From: Rhodobiaceae bacterium
Lineage (GTDB): Bacteria; Pseudomonadota; Alphaproteobacteria; Rhizobiales; Tepidamorphaceae
Direction: 5' to 3'
Assembly (NCBI GenBank): GCA_020441995.1
Contig: JAGRLC010000003.1
Span: 6,208 to 70,207 of the forward strand
Length of the DNA stretch: 64,000 bases
Below, in pieces: positions 1 to 9,018 of this stretch. Within the stretch, counting starts at the first letter, position 1. The number at the start of each line of letters is the position of its first letter. Both the position numbers and the translations under genes were made by a program. The notes under the pieces are model-generated. The model saw only the letters and a program-made list of their open reading frames with translations. It searched no databases and was not told where the DNA came from.

Positions 1-811
1 TGCCGCCGAGGCTGGCGCGGAATTGCGCCTGGCGACGGGATTCGAGACTTGTCTGCTCGATGAGGCGGGCCGGGTGACCGGCGCAGTCCTGCACGACCGG
101 TCAGGACGCGAATACCGCGTCCACGCGAAGCTCGTGATCGGCGCCGACGGGCGCTTGTCGCAAGTGGCATCGGATGTCGGGGCGGAAAAGATCGTCCAGT
201 CGCCAAATCGCGCGGCAACGGTCTACGGTTATTTTCCGGGTGTGCAAGAAGATGGCTACCGCTGGTATTTCGGCGAGCGTGTGGCTGCCGGTGTTATACC
301 CACCAACGATGGCCGGCATTGCATCTTCACGTCGGTTCATCCGCTTGCCTTCATGGAGCATTTCGGCGCCGATCTTCTCGGCGGCATGGCTTCGATCCTG
401 TCCCGATGGGACGAAGGGCTTGCGGCCCATGTCGCGACATCTGAGCCGGACGGGAAGCTGCGCCGCTTTCTCGGCGCGCCGGGCCATATCCGCGCCTGCG
501 CCGGTCCGGGATGGGCGCTGGTGGGCGATGCCGGATACTTCAAGGATCCCGCGACCGCCCATGGCATCACCGATGCGCTGCTCGACGCGGAGCGGCTGGC
601 CCGTTCGTTTCTGGATACCGGCACGGCGGAGAGCTATCAACGCGAACGTAACGCGCATGCGCTGTCGCTGTTTGCAGCGACGCAGGAAATCGCGGGCTTC
701 GGCTGGGGTTTCGACCGGCTGAAGGTCCTGCATCAGGACGTCAATGCCTGCATGAAGCACGAGATGGGTGCATCCACCCAATCCACGCAGCAGGTAGCCA
801 GGGCGGCTTGA
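1..811 (+). CDS. FAD-dependent oxidoreductase (geranylgeranyl reductase / flavoprotein monooxygenase-like), 5' truncated
   Basis: Frame is open from the window edge (AAEAGAELRL...). It has the 'LVIGADG' and 'LVGDAG..DP..AHGI..AL' FAD-binding motifs. Confidence 0.8.
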   Translation, partial: AAEAGAELRLATGFETCLLDEAGRVTGAVLHDRSGREYRVHAKLVIGADGRLSQVASDVGAEKIVQSPNRAATVYGYFPGVQEDGYRWYFGERVAAGVIPTNDGRHCIFTSVHPLAFMEHFGADLLGGMASILSRWDEGLAAHVATSEPDGKLRRFLGAPGHIRACAGPGWALVGDAGYFKDPATAHGITDALLDAERLARSFLDTGTAESYQRERNAHALSLFAATQEIAGFGWGFDRLKVLHQDVNACMKHEMGASTQSTQQVARAA

Positions 812-838
812 GCCAAGCCGGCGGCATGCGCGCGTTAT

Positions 839-2035
839 TCACGCCGTGCCGCCGGTTTCGCGCTCTTTGCGCACGAGATGCATCAGCGCCAGCAGGCCAA
901 GCACCGGGCCCGGCGTCACCAGAACGAACAGGTATTGTATCCCCGTAAGAGCGGTTGCCGCGCTGAGCAACTGGATTGAAACAATCGTTATGGCGAAGCC
1001 GATGCAGTTCACGATCGTGAGCGCCGATCCGACTCGATCGCGGGGCGCATTTTGCGCGTTGAGGGCTGAGAACTGAGGCGAATCCCCTGCAACCGTAATG
1101 CCCCAGACCACCAGGAACGCCAGCATGGCCGGGTAGGGCAACGCGAAGGCCAGCGGTGAAAGAAGGCAGCAGATGCCGGATGTTCCAAGCTGGGCGAAGG
1201 CCACGCGCGCGCTGCCGAACCTGCGTGAAGCATAGCCGCCTGCAACGCATCCCGCTGCACCCGCCGCAATCACCACGAAGGACCAGAACGAAACTTCACG
1301 GCTGCCGCCCAGCAGTTGCGGTCCGGCTGCGACGAGGAACGCGGGAACGAAGGCCCAGAAGGCATAGAGCTCCCACATGTGTCCGAAATATCCGAAGGCG
1401 GAGGCGCGGAAATCCGGAGAGCGGAAGATGGTCGCGAAGGCCGCCGGGTCGAAGCGCGCGCCCGAACGCAGATGCGGCCCGTCGGGCACAAGCGTGTACA
1501 TGAGAACTCCGCCGGAAGCGGCGATTACGGAAACGGAGAGCATGACGCTTTGCCATGGCAGGGTATGGCCCAGTGCGCGGATGAGGTGCGGCAGGGCGGT
1601 TCCCATGACAAGGGCCGAGACGAGCCAGCCCAGTGCCTTGCCGAGATCGCGATCGAACCAGCCGGCGGCGATCTTCATGCCGACGGGATAGATTCCGGCG
1701 AGGAAGAAGCCGGTTGCGAAGCGCAGGATCAGGAGCGGCCACAGATCCGGCCCCGCGAACCAGGTGGCCGCGTTCATCAGTGCGCCGAGCAAGGCGCTGA
1801 TCAGGAATATCTTGCGCGGGGAATAACGATCCGAGATCGCGAGCCAGGAATAGACCAGGGTGCCGGCGATAAAACCCAGCAGGACCGCTGTCGTGATCTG
1901 GCCAAGGGCTGCTTCCGGCAGGCCGCCGCTGCGCTGCAGGTCCGGCAGTACGGCGTTGCCCGCGAACCACAGCGAACCGCCGGCAAGCTGCGAGACGACG
2001 ATTGCAGGCAGGATATGTGGCTTTGCGGTTGTCAT
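839..2035 (-). CDS. MFS transporter
   Basis: 398 aa with about 12 hydrophobic segments and an MFS-like 'ISDRYSPRK' loop motif. Confidence 0.85.
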   Translation of the reverse strand: MTTAKPHILPAIVVSQLAGGSLWFAGNAVLPDLQRSGGLPEAALGQITTAVLLGFIAGTLVYSWLAISDRYSPRKIFLISALLGALMNAATWFAGPDLWPLLILRFATGFFLAGIYPVGMKIAAGWFDRDLGKALGWLVSALVMGTALPHLIRALGHTLPWQSVMLSVSVIAASGGVLMYTLVPDGPHLRSGARFDPAAFATIFRSPDFRASAFGYFGHMWELYAFWAFVPAFLVAAGPQLLGGSREVSFWSFVVIAAGAAGCVAGGYASRRFGSARVAFAQLGTSGICCLLSPLAFALPYPAMLAFLVVWGITVAGDSPQFSALNAQNAPRDRVGSALTIVNCIGFAITIVSIQLLSAATALTGIQYLFVLVTPGPVLGLLALMHLVRKERETGGTA

Positions 2036-2256
2036 TGGTCTTGTTCCATCCCTGACCGGAAGCTGGTTTCTGACGGTTGGCGCTTAGAACGGCGCGTTTT
2101 ATTGGCTTTATGGGCTGCCCATGAATGCAATCCGATGTTCCGCGGCAGTTGACATTGGTGGGCCACGAGGTGAAATCGGTGCAGAAAAACAACACGCACG
2201 GTTGGAACCTTATCATTCCGCGTGTGGAATTCCCGTTTCCAGAGGGAGGATTTTAA

Positions 2257-3291
2257 ATGATCAGAAAATACATCGCCGCGGGCCTCGTTGCGGCTGGCGT
2301 TGCGCTTGCGCCGTTTGCGGCCGGCGCGCAGGAATTCACCTTCAAGCTGCACCAGTTCCTGCCGCTGAAGTCATCGGTTCCGGCCGAGTTCCTTCAGCCC
2401 TGGATCGAGAAGATCGAAAAGGAATCCGGCGGACGCATCAAGATCGAGCACTACCCGTCGATGCAGCTTGGCGGAAAGCCTCCGGAACTGATCCAGCAAG
2501 TCACCGACGGCGCGGTCGATTTCGTCTGGACGCTGCCCGGCTACACGCCCGGGCGCTTCCCCAAGGCGGAGGCCTTCGAGCTGCCCTTCATGGTCGCCAA
2601 CGGCAATGCCGAAGCGACATCGAAGGCGTTCCAGGAATATTACGAAAAGCACATGGCCGATCAGTTCCCCGGTCTGAAGATCATCTGCGTCCATACCCAT
2701 GGCGCGGGCCTGCTTCACACCAAGGACCCGGTCAACAAGCTTGAAGACATCAAGGACATGAAGCTGCGCGGGCCCACGCGGGTCATCACCCAGATGCTCG
2801 AAACGCTTGGCGCGGTGCCGGTCGGCATGCCTGTTCCCGCCGTTCCCGAAGCCGTGTCGAAGGGCGTCATCGACGGCGCGCTGATCCCGTGGGAAGTCAC
2901 GTTGCCGCTGAAGATGGCCGAGCTTGTTCACAATCACACCGCGATGTCGGGTGACCGGGGGCTGTATTCGGCCACCTTCGTCTTCGCCATGAACCAGGCC
3001 AGCTACGACAGCCTGCCGGATGATCTGAAGAAGATCATCGATGACAATTCGGGCGTCGAAGCCGCCGCCACCGCCGGGCGCGCTATGGACAAATACGATG
3101 CCATCGCCCTCAAGAAGGCCGAGGACGCCGGCAACAGCATCATCGTGCTCGACGAGGCGGAGACCCAGCGCTGGAAAGACGCCGCCGCCCCCGTCGTCGA
3201 CAAGTGGATCGCGGACATGAACGCGAACGGTCTCGACGGCCAGGCCATGGTCGACGATGCGCGCGCGCTGCTTGAAAAGAACGCGATGTAA
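2257..3291 (+). CDS. dctP: TRAP transporter solute-binding protein DctP
   Basis: Signal peptide, 'YPSMQLGG', 'GRFP..EAFELPF' and 'DIKDMKLRGP' motifs. GGAGG RBS. Followed by dctQM. Confidence 0.93.
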   Translation: MIRKYIAAGLVAAGVALAPFAAGAQEFTFKLHQFLPLKSSVPAEFLQPWIEKIEKESGGRIKIEHYPSMQLGGKPPELIQQVTDGAVDFVWTLPGYTPGRFPKAEAFELPFMVANGNAEATSKAFQEYYEKHMADQFPGLKIICVHTHGAGLLHTKDPVNKLEDIKDMKLRGPTRVITQMLETLGAVPVGMPVPAVPEAVSKGVIDGALIPWEVTLPLKMAELVHNHTAMSGDRGLYSATFVFAMNQASYDSLPDDLKKIIDDNSGVEAAATAGRAMDKYDAIALKKAEDAGNSIIVLDEAETQRWKDAAAPVVDKWIADMNANGLDGQAMVDDARALLEKNAM

Positions 3292-3323
3292 TCCGGACCG
3301 TTTTCGTCCGTCGTAAATGATTG

Positions 3324-3349
3324 AAGCGGGCGGTCATTCCGCCCGCTTT
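3324..3349 (+). terminator. Intercistronic stem-loop after dctP (partial terminator or mRNA stabiliser)
   Basis: AAGCGGGCGG-TCATT-CCGCCCGCTT, a perfect 10-bp stem followed by a short T-run. Confidence 0.6.
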
Positions 3350-3373
3350 CCATTTAGGATAGGCCCTGGAACG

Positions 3374-3889
3374 ATGCTCACGAAGATTCTCAACGGGCCG
3401 GTGACGGCGGTTTCCAGGGCCTTCGCTCTTCTGGGCGGTGTTGTGCTCGTCGTGCTCATGCTGCTGGTCATTGTCAGCATCACTGGGCGTGCGCTGATCC
3501 CGCTTGGGCTGAGGCCGGTTCCGGGCGATTTCGAGCTTGTGGCGGCAGGCACCGCGTTTGCCGTTTTCTGCTTTCTGCCCTGGTGCCAGCTTGAGCGCGG
3601 GCATGTGTCGGTCGATATACTCGCGCCGCTGCTGGGACGCCGCCGCGATGCGGCGCTGTCGATATTTCACAACCTGCTGATGACGGCGGCAAGCGCCTTC
3701 ATCGCGTGGCGGCTGTGGGCCGGCATGCTCGACAAGATGCAGTACAAGGAAACCACCTATATTCTGGGATTGCCGGTGTGGTGGGGCTATGCGCTCTGCG
3801 TTCCGCTGGCGGCTGCCTTCGTGCTCGTTTCCGCGTTCACGGTGATCCGCAGTGCCGAAGAGGCGCTGATGCGCCGCGCCGGAACGTGA
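3374..3889 (+). CDS. dctQ: TRAP small permease DctQ
   Basis: 4 TM segments with 'GDFELV' and 'GHVSVD' motifs. Start set at ATG 3374, downstream of the hairpin. Confidence 0.9.
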   Translation: MLTKILNGPVTAVSRAFALLGGVVLVVLMLLVIVSITGRALIPLGLRPVPGDFELVAAGTAFAVFCFLPWCQLERGHVSVDILAPLLGRRRDAALSIFHNLLMTAASAFIAWRLWAGMLDKMQYKETTYILGLPVWWGYALCVPLAAAFVLVSAFTVIRSAEEALMRRAGT

Positions 3890-3901
3890 CCGGGGCATAC
3901 G

Positions 3902-5218
3902 ATGACCAAGCTTGAAATCGCGATCTGGTCGTTCCCCTTCCTGATGGTGCTGATCGCTTTCAGGATGCCGATCGGCCTTGCCATGCTGGTAACCGGCATC
4001 GGCGGCTCCGTTCTCGTCAACGGGTCGTGGATCGCGGTCATGTCGCAGATGAAGTCGCTGCCCTATGACACGTTCTCGAACTATTCGCTCGGGATCGTTC
4101 CGCTGTTCCTGCTGATGGGCCAGTTCGCCACCCATGGCGGTCTGTCGAAGGCGCTGTTCGCGGCTGCGCAGGCATGGCTCGGCCACCGCAAGGGCGGCAT
4201 GGCCATGGCCGCTGTCGGCGCCTGCGCCGGGTTCGGCGCGATCTGCGGCTCATCGCTGGCAACAGCCGCCACAATGGGGCAGGTGGCGCTGCCCGAGCTG
4301 CGCAGGTCAGGATACTCCGGCGGATTGTCGTCGGGGGCGCTGGCGGCCGGCGGTACGCTTGGCATCCTGATCCCACCGTCCATCGTACTCGTCATCTATG
4401 CCATCCTGGCCGAGCAGAACATCGCCAAGCTGTTCGTCGCGGCCATCGTGCCAGGCATTCTGGCGGCCGCCGGATACATGCTGGCGATCGCGATTTATGT
4501 CCGGTTGAAGCCCGAGAGCGCCGGCACATGCGACCCCTTGCCCTATCGCGCGCGGTTTCATGCGCTGCTCGGCATCTGGCCCGTGCTGCTGGTATTCGCA
4601 GCCGTTGTCGGAGGGATCTATCTCGGCGTTTTCACACCGACCGAAGGCGCCGCGGTCGGCGCTGCGGGAACCGGCCTGATCGCCTTGCTGAATGGTGGCC
4701 TGACGCGCCGGAAGATGGCGGCGTCGCTGCTGCAGACGGCGAACTCTTCCGCGATGATTTTCTTCATCGTGCTGGGGGCTGCCGCGTTCAACGCGTTTCT
4801 CGCTTTCGCGCAACTGCCGCAGGAGGCGGCTGGCTGGGTTCTGAGCCAGGGCTTCTCGCCGCTCACCGTGCTGCTGGCGATCCTGCTGCTTTACCTCGTT
4901 CTCGGCTGCTTCATGGATTCGCTGTCCATGATCCTGCTGACGGTGCCGATCTTCTTCCCCGTCGTTTCGCAGCTCGATTTCGGCATGGGAGCAGAGGATT
5001 TCGCACTGTGGTTCGGCATTCTCGTGCTGATCGTGGTCGAGGTCGGGCTAATCACGCCGCCGGTCGGCATGAACCTTTTCATCATCAATTCGATGGCCGA
5101 AGACGTGCCGCTGCGCGCGACCTATGCCGGGACCGTGCCATTCCTGATCAGCGACATGGTCCGCGTCGCGGTCCTCGTCATGTTTCCGGCGATCACGCTC
5201 GCGCTGGTCTGGCTGTAA
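3902..5218 (+). CDS. dctM: TRAP large permease DctM
   Basis: 'GGTLGILIPPS', 'FTPTEGAAVG' and 'LITPPVGMNLF' motifs. Confidence 0.95.
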   Translation: MTKLEIAIWSFPFLMVLIAFRMPIGLAMLVTGIGGSVLVNGSWIAVMSQMKSLPYDTFSNYSLGIVPLFLLMGQFATHGGLSKALFAAAQAWLGHRKGGMAMAAVGACAGFGAICGSSLATAATMGQVALPELRRSGYSGGLSSGALAAGGTLGILIPPSIVLVIYAILAEQNIAKLFVAAIVPGILAAAGYMLAIAIYVRLKPESAGTCDPLPYRARFHALLGIWPVLLVFAAVVGGIYLGVFTPTEGAAVGAAGTGLIALLNGGLTRRKMAASLLQTANSSAMIFFIVLGAAAFNAFLAFAQLPQEAAGWVLSQGFSPLTVLLAILLLYLVLGCFMDSLSMILLTVPIFFPVVSQLDFGMGAEDFALWFGILVLIVVEVGLITPPVGMNLFIINSMAEDVPLRATYAGTVPFLISDMVRVAVLVMFPAITLALVWL

Positions 5219-5228
5219 CAGCCGAATA

Positions 5229-5777
5229 TTACTTCGCCTCGACCAGGATAATCGACCAGACCCAGCGCGCTTCCTCATCGCTTGGGACGGCTGCGCCACC
5301 GGTTGCATGCAGTAGCCATGCGGGGCCGCGTCCGCCGAGCGGAAGCGGTTTCCTGCCGGCCTCGATGGCCAGTATCCACGGCTGTTCGGCGCGCGCCGCC
5401 TTGTCCAGTTCGACCGTGTAGCCATCGATCGCGGTGAAGGCGACGGTGGCGTCCTCGTTCACGCCGGCGGCGGACATGACGTCTTTAAGCAACGGACCCG
5501 TTGCCATAACCGGGCCCGGCCAGCCTTCGGCGTTGGCGGTGACGGTGCGCTGCGGCAGGGCCTTGAGTTCGGCGAAGGTGAACGTGCGCGCCTTGCCGAA
5601 ATCCTTCTGCTGGAAATTGAAATAGGCATCCATGAAAGGATCGAGGCCGCCTCGATTCGGCGTTCCGATCTTGCCGGTCACGGTGATCAGGGCAGGGCCG
5701 TCTGCATCCTGCGCACGCGCCGTCGCCGGGAGCATCAGCATTGCGGTCAGGGCGAGGACTGAAGCTATTCTGATCAT
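5229..5777 (-). CDS. Periplasmic degenerate sulfite-oxidase-fold (COG3915 / PruR-like) protein
   Basis: Signal peptide, 'LITVTG', 'GPLLKDV', 'A.DGY.V', 'GRGP.WL' and 'WVW' motifs. Contains no Cys, so no Moco-ligating residue. Confidence 0.65.
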   Translation of the reverse strand: MIRIASVLALTAMLMLPATARAQDADGPALITVTGKIGTPNRGGLDPFMDAYFNFQQKDFGKARTFTFAELKALPQRTVTANAEGWPGPVMATGPLLKDVMSAAGVNEDATVAFTAIDGYTVELDKAARAEQPWILAIEAGRKPLPLGGRGPAWLLHATGGAAVPSDEEARWVWSIILVEAK

Positions 5778-5802
5778 GGACGCGTCCTTCGGTTAACGGG
5801 TG

Positions 5803-6213
5803 TCATGCGGCTTTGCATTCGGCGCAGATGCCGCGCATCTCGATGGTCGTCTTCTGCGGGCGGAAGCCGGTCGTCTTCGCCCAGGCGCCGAGGCGGGATT
5901 TCAGCTCCGCGTCGGTGAACTCGAACACGCGTCCGCAGGTTTCGCAGATGGCGAAAGCGACGGTGCCGTCCTCCTCGCACGAAGGGTGGCTGCATGCGAC
6001 GAAGGCGTTGAGGCTTTCGAGCCGGTGCACGAGACCGAGCGCCTGAAGCCGCTCCAGCGCGCGGTAGACCTGAAGCGGCGCCCGGAAGCCTGCCTCGCGC
6101 AACTGATCGAGGATGGTGTAGGCGCTCAGGGGACCATCGGCGGCATTGAGCGTGTCGTAGACCAGCGCCTGATTTTTCGTCAGATCGGAGTTGTCGTGAT
6201 GGTGCGCGGGCAT
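5803..6213 (-). CDS. zur: Zinc uptake regulator Zur (Fur family)
   Basis: 'SAYTILDQLR...VYRAL..L...GLVHRLESLNAFVAC' with two CxxC pairs. Immediately downstream of znuB. Start set at MPAHHH. Confidence 0.92.
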   Translation of the reverse strand: MPAHHHDNSDLTKNQALVYDTLNAADGPLSAYTILDQLREAGFRAPLQVYRALERLQALGLVHRLESLNAFVACSHPSCEEDGTVAFAICETCGRVFEFTDAELKSRLGAWAKTTGFRPQKTTIEMRGICAECKAA

Positions 6214-6217
6214 GGCA

Positions 6218-7015
6218 TCAGTTCCGTTGGGTTGCGGGGATTGGCGCAAGGCTGAGCAGGAACAGCGCCATGGCCGCCACGACGATGGAAGGGCCGGACG
6301 GTGTGTCCCATTCAAGCGAGGCGAAGAGCCCCGCGACGACCGCGAGTATTCCGGCCGCTGCCGCCATGACGGCCATGCGTTCCGGTGTTGCGGCAAAGCG
6401 GCGCGCGGCTGCGGCGGGGATCAGCATCAGCGCCGTGATCAGCAGTACGCCGACGATCTTCATGGCAATAGCAATCGTTCCGGCCAGCAGCAGCATGAAG
6501 AGCAGGTCGGCGCGGGCCGGGTTCATGCCTTCGGCGCGGGCCAGTTCCGGACTGACGGTAGCGGCAAAGAGCGGTTTCCAGATCAGCGCCAGAACCACCA
6601 GAACCGCCGCGCCGCCGGCATAGATGATTGCAATGTCCGTCTTTGAAACGGCGAGGATGTCGCCGAACAACAGGCCCATCAAATCCATGCGCACCCATGT
6701 CATGAAGGCCAGGCAGACGAGGCCTATGGCAAGGGAGGAATGGGCGAGCAGTCCGAGCAGCGCGTCGGCGGAGAGCGAGGCACGCCGCTGCAATGCCATC
6801 AGCGCCAGTGCGACCAGCGTTGCGACGGTGAACACCGAAAGCGTGATGTTGATTTCCATCAGCAGCGCCAACGCAACGCCGAGCAGGGCGGCATGGGACA
6901 GCGTGTCGCCGAAATAGGCGAGCCTGCGCCAGACGATGAAACAGCCGAGCGGTCCCGCAACGGCGGCGACACCGGTGCCCGCAATTAGCGCGCGTACGAA
7001 GAAGCTCTCAAGCAT
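6218..7015 (-). CDS. znuB: Zinc ABC transporter permease ZnuB
   Basis: 'GCFIVWRRLAYFGDTLSHAALLG' and 'LLFGDIL' motifs. Start MLESFF overlaps the znuC stop. Confidence 0.95.
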   Translation of the reverse strand: MLESFFVRALIAGTGVAAVAGPLGCFIVWRRLAYFGDTLSHAALLGVALALLMEINITLSVFTVATLVALALMALQRRASLSADALLGLLAHSSLAIGLVCLAFMTWVRMDLMGLLFGDILAVSKTDIAIIYAGGAAVLVVLALIWKPLFAATVSPELARAEGMNPARADLLFMLLLAGTIAIAMKIVGVLLITALMLIPAAAARRFAATPERMAVMAAAAGILAVVAGLFASLEWDTPSGPSIVVAAMALFLLSLAPIPATQRN

Positions 7016-7856
7016 GGTCGTGTTTCTCGTGGCCTTTGTGGCCGTGGTGGTGATGCCCGTCGCCGGGGTGGCAGTCGTCGGTGATGGTGCCGTCGGCATG
7101 GCGCACGCGCCCATCCGGCAGGTGGGTGTGATCGTGGTGGTGCTGATAGATGGCAAGTGTGCTCGCGCGTTCGCCGAAGAGTTGCCGGTAGGCGGGGTCT
7201 TCAGCAACGCTGTGAGGCGCGCCTTCGCAGCAGACATGGCCGTTGAGGCAAATGACCTTGTCGGTTGCCGCCATGACCACGTGCAGATCGTGCGACACCA
7301 TGAGGATGCCGCAGCCGAGGCGGTCCCGGATTTTCGAGATCAGCTCGTAGAGCGCGGTTTCGCCGTTGAAGTCGACGCCCTGCACCGGCTCGTCCAGAAC
7401 CAGCAGGTCCGGCTTGCGCAGGATCGCGCGCGCCAGCATGGCGCGCTGGAATTCGCCGCCGGACAGGTTGCGCAGTTCCGATGCCTGAAGATGAGCGATG
7501 CCCGTTTCGGCAAGGGCTGCCTTGGCCTCGTCTTCCCTGACCGGTCCGGTCAGGCGCAAGAAACGGGAAACGGTCAGCGGCAGCGTCCAGTCGATGGCAA
7601 GCTTCTGCGGCACGTAGCCGACCCTGAGGCCTTTCCGGCGGCTGGCATTGCCTTCGGTCGGGTCGAGGATGCCGAGCGCCAGCTTCACCGATGTCGACTT
7701 GCCCGAACCATTGGGGCCGATGAGCGTGACGATTTCGCCGGGCTGAACGGTCAGCGAAACACCGCGCACAAGCCAGCGCCCGGAGCGGCTGACGCCGGCA
7801 TTGGTCAGGGATGCGAGCGGCTGCACTGCTCTGGGGGGTGTGGCGGACTGATCCAT
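7008..7856 (-). CDS. znuC: Zinc ABC transporter ATPase ZnuC with His-rich C-terminal tail
   Basis: Walker A GPNGSGKS, LSGGE, LVLDEP and 'CLNGHVCCEG' motifs, plus a His-rich tail. Confidence 0.95.
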   Translation of the reverse strand: MDQSATPPRAVQPLASLTNAGVSRSGRWLVRGVSLTVQPGEIVTLIGPNGSGKSTSVKLALGILDPTEGNASRRKGLRVGYVPQKLAIDWTLPLTVSRFLRLTGPVREDEAKAALAETGIAHLQASELRNLSGGEFQRAMLARAILRKPDLLVLDEPVQGVDFNGETALYELISKIRDRLGCGILMVSHDLHVVMAATDKVICLNGHVCCEGAPHSVAEDPAYRQLFGERASTLAIYQHHHDHTHLPDGRVRHADGTITDDCHPGDGHHHHGHKGHEKHDHA

Positions 7857-7903
7857 GTTCGGCGAATGGCCCTTCTGATTCCGGCTTGCGTGATTTGTTT
7901 CAT

Positions 7904-7938
7904 ATGTTATACCGTTACGCAATGTAATGATATTACAT
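7904..7938. promoter_or_regulatory. Tandem Zur boxes in the znuC/znuA divergent promoter
   Basis: Perfect palindrome ATGTAAT-GAT-ATTACAT (7922-7938) and a degenerate copy ATGTTAT-ACC-GTTACGC (7904-7920). Both fit the proteobacterial Zur consensus ATGTTAT-N3-ATAACAT. Confidence 0.85.
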
Positions 7939-7957
7939 ATCAAGATTGGAGCAAGGA

Positions 7958-8926
7958 ATGCGTATTCGAGGTTTGGCGCTGGCAGCCGCCGGGTTGTTGG
8001 GTATTGCGGGTCTTTCACCGGCAGAGGCCATGGATGGTGTCGTGGCCTCGATCAAGCCCGTTCATTCTCTGGTTGCCGGAGTGATGAAAGGAACCGGCGT
8101 TCCGGGCCTGATCGTCGATGGCGCAGGTTCGCCGCACACTTATTCGCTGAAGCCCTCGCAGGCGCGCATGCTGGAGCATGCAAAGCTCGTCTTCTGGGTC
8201 GGGCACGATCTGGAAGCTTTCCTGGAAAAGCCGCTGGAAACGCTCGGGCGCGATGCGGAGGTGGTGACACTCTCCCAGGCTGACGGCGTGAAACTGCTTG
8301 AGCTGCGTGAAGGCGGTGCCTTCGAGGCCCACGAGCATGGGGATGGCGAAGACCATGCCGCCGGAGAAGATCATGATCACGAAGACTACGATCATGCGGG
8401 CGAGGGGCATGACATGCACATCTGGCTTGATCCGCACAATGCCGCCGCGATGGTGCAGTTGATTGCCGATGCGCTTGCCAAGGCGGATCCGGCCAATGCC
8501 GCAATCTACATGTCCAATGCCGATGTTCTGTCGGTTTCGCTGAGCAGGCTTGAGGACGAGATCGGCGAGGCGCTTGCCCCCGTCCGCGAGCGGCCCTTCG
8601 TCGTTTTTCACGACGCCTATCATTATTTCGAGGCACGCTTTGAAATGCATGCCGCCGGCTCCGTTACGGTCAGCCCCGAAGTGATGCCCGGTGCGGAACG
8701 GATCGCTGAAATCCGCAAGAAGCTGTCCGGGCTTGGCGGCGTCTGCGTATTCGCCGAACCGCAGTTCGAACCGAAAATCCTGGCGGCGGTCACCGAAGGC
8801 ACGTCGGCTCAAAGCGGCACGCTCGATCCGCTCGGCGCATCGATCGCGGATGGCCCGGATCTCTATTTCACCCTGATGCGCAACATGGCTGCCGAGATGC
8901 GCGGATGCCTTGCCGGGCAGGGCTGA
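7958..8926 (+). CDS. znuA: Zinc ABC transporter solute-binding protein ZnuA
   Basis: 'VVASIKPVHSLV', 'SPHTYSLKPS', His/Asp-rich loop, 'HIWLDP' and 'FHDAYHYFE' motifs. Confidence 0.95.
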   Translation: MRIRGLALAAAGLLGIAGLSPAEAMDGVVASIKPVHSLVAGVMKGTGVPGLIVDGAGSPHTYSLKPSQARMLEHAKLVFWVGHDLEAFLEKPLETLGRDAEVVTLSQADGVKLLELREGGAFEAHEHGDGEDHAAGEDHDHEDYDHAGEGHDMHIWLDPHNAAAMVQLIADALAKADPANAAIYMSNADVLSVSLSRLEDEIGEALAPVRERPFVVFHDAYHYFEARFEMHAAGSVTVSPEVMPGAERIAEIRKKLSGLGGVCVFAEPQFEPKILAAVTEGTSAQSGTLDPLGASIADGPDLYFTLMRNMAAEMRGCLAGQG

Positions 8927-8952
8927 GCGCGGCCTGCCCCTTCGTCTGATTG

Positions 8953-8970
8953 CATTCACGCATTCATATG
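8953..8970. promoter_or_regulatory. Putative operator upstream of YeeE/YedE gene 1 (ArsR/SqrR-like)
   Basis: CATTC-ACGCATTC-ATATG, a near ATTC-N8-GAAT dyad. A similar motif lies upstream of the second YeeE paralog. Confidence 0.35.
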
Positions 8971-9018
8971 CGTAGCATTCCTCCATGACCCGCCGTCAGA
9001 GCGGGCAGGAGGGAACGA

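Noticed and set aside
5803-8018. Extended N-termini of zur, znuB and znuC in the ORF track
   Set aside because: The extensions overlap neighbouring genes or the Zur boxes. Downstream ATGs fit family lengths.
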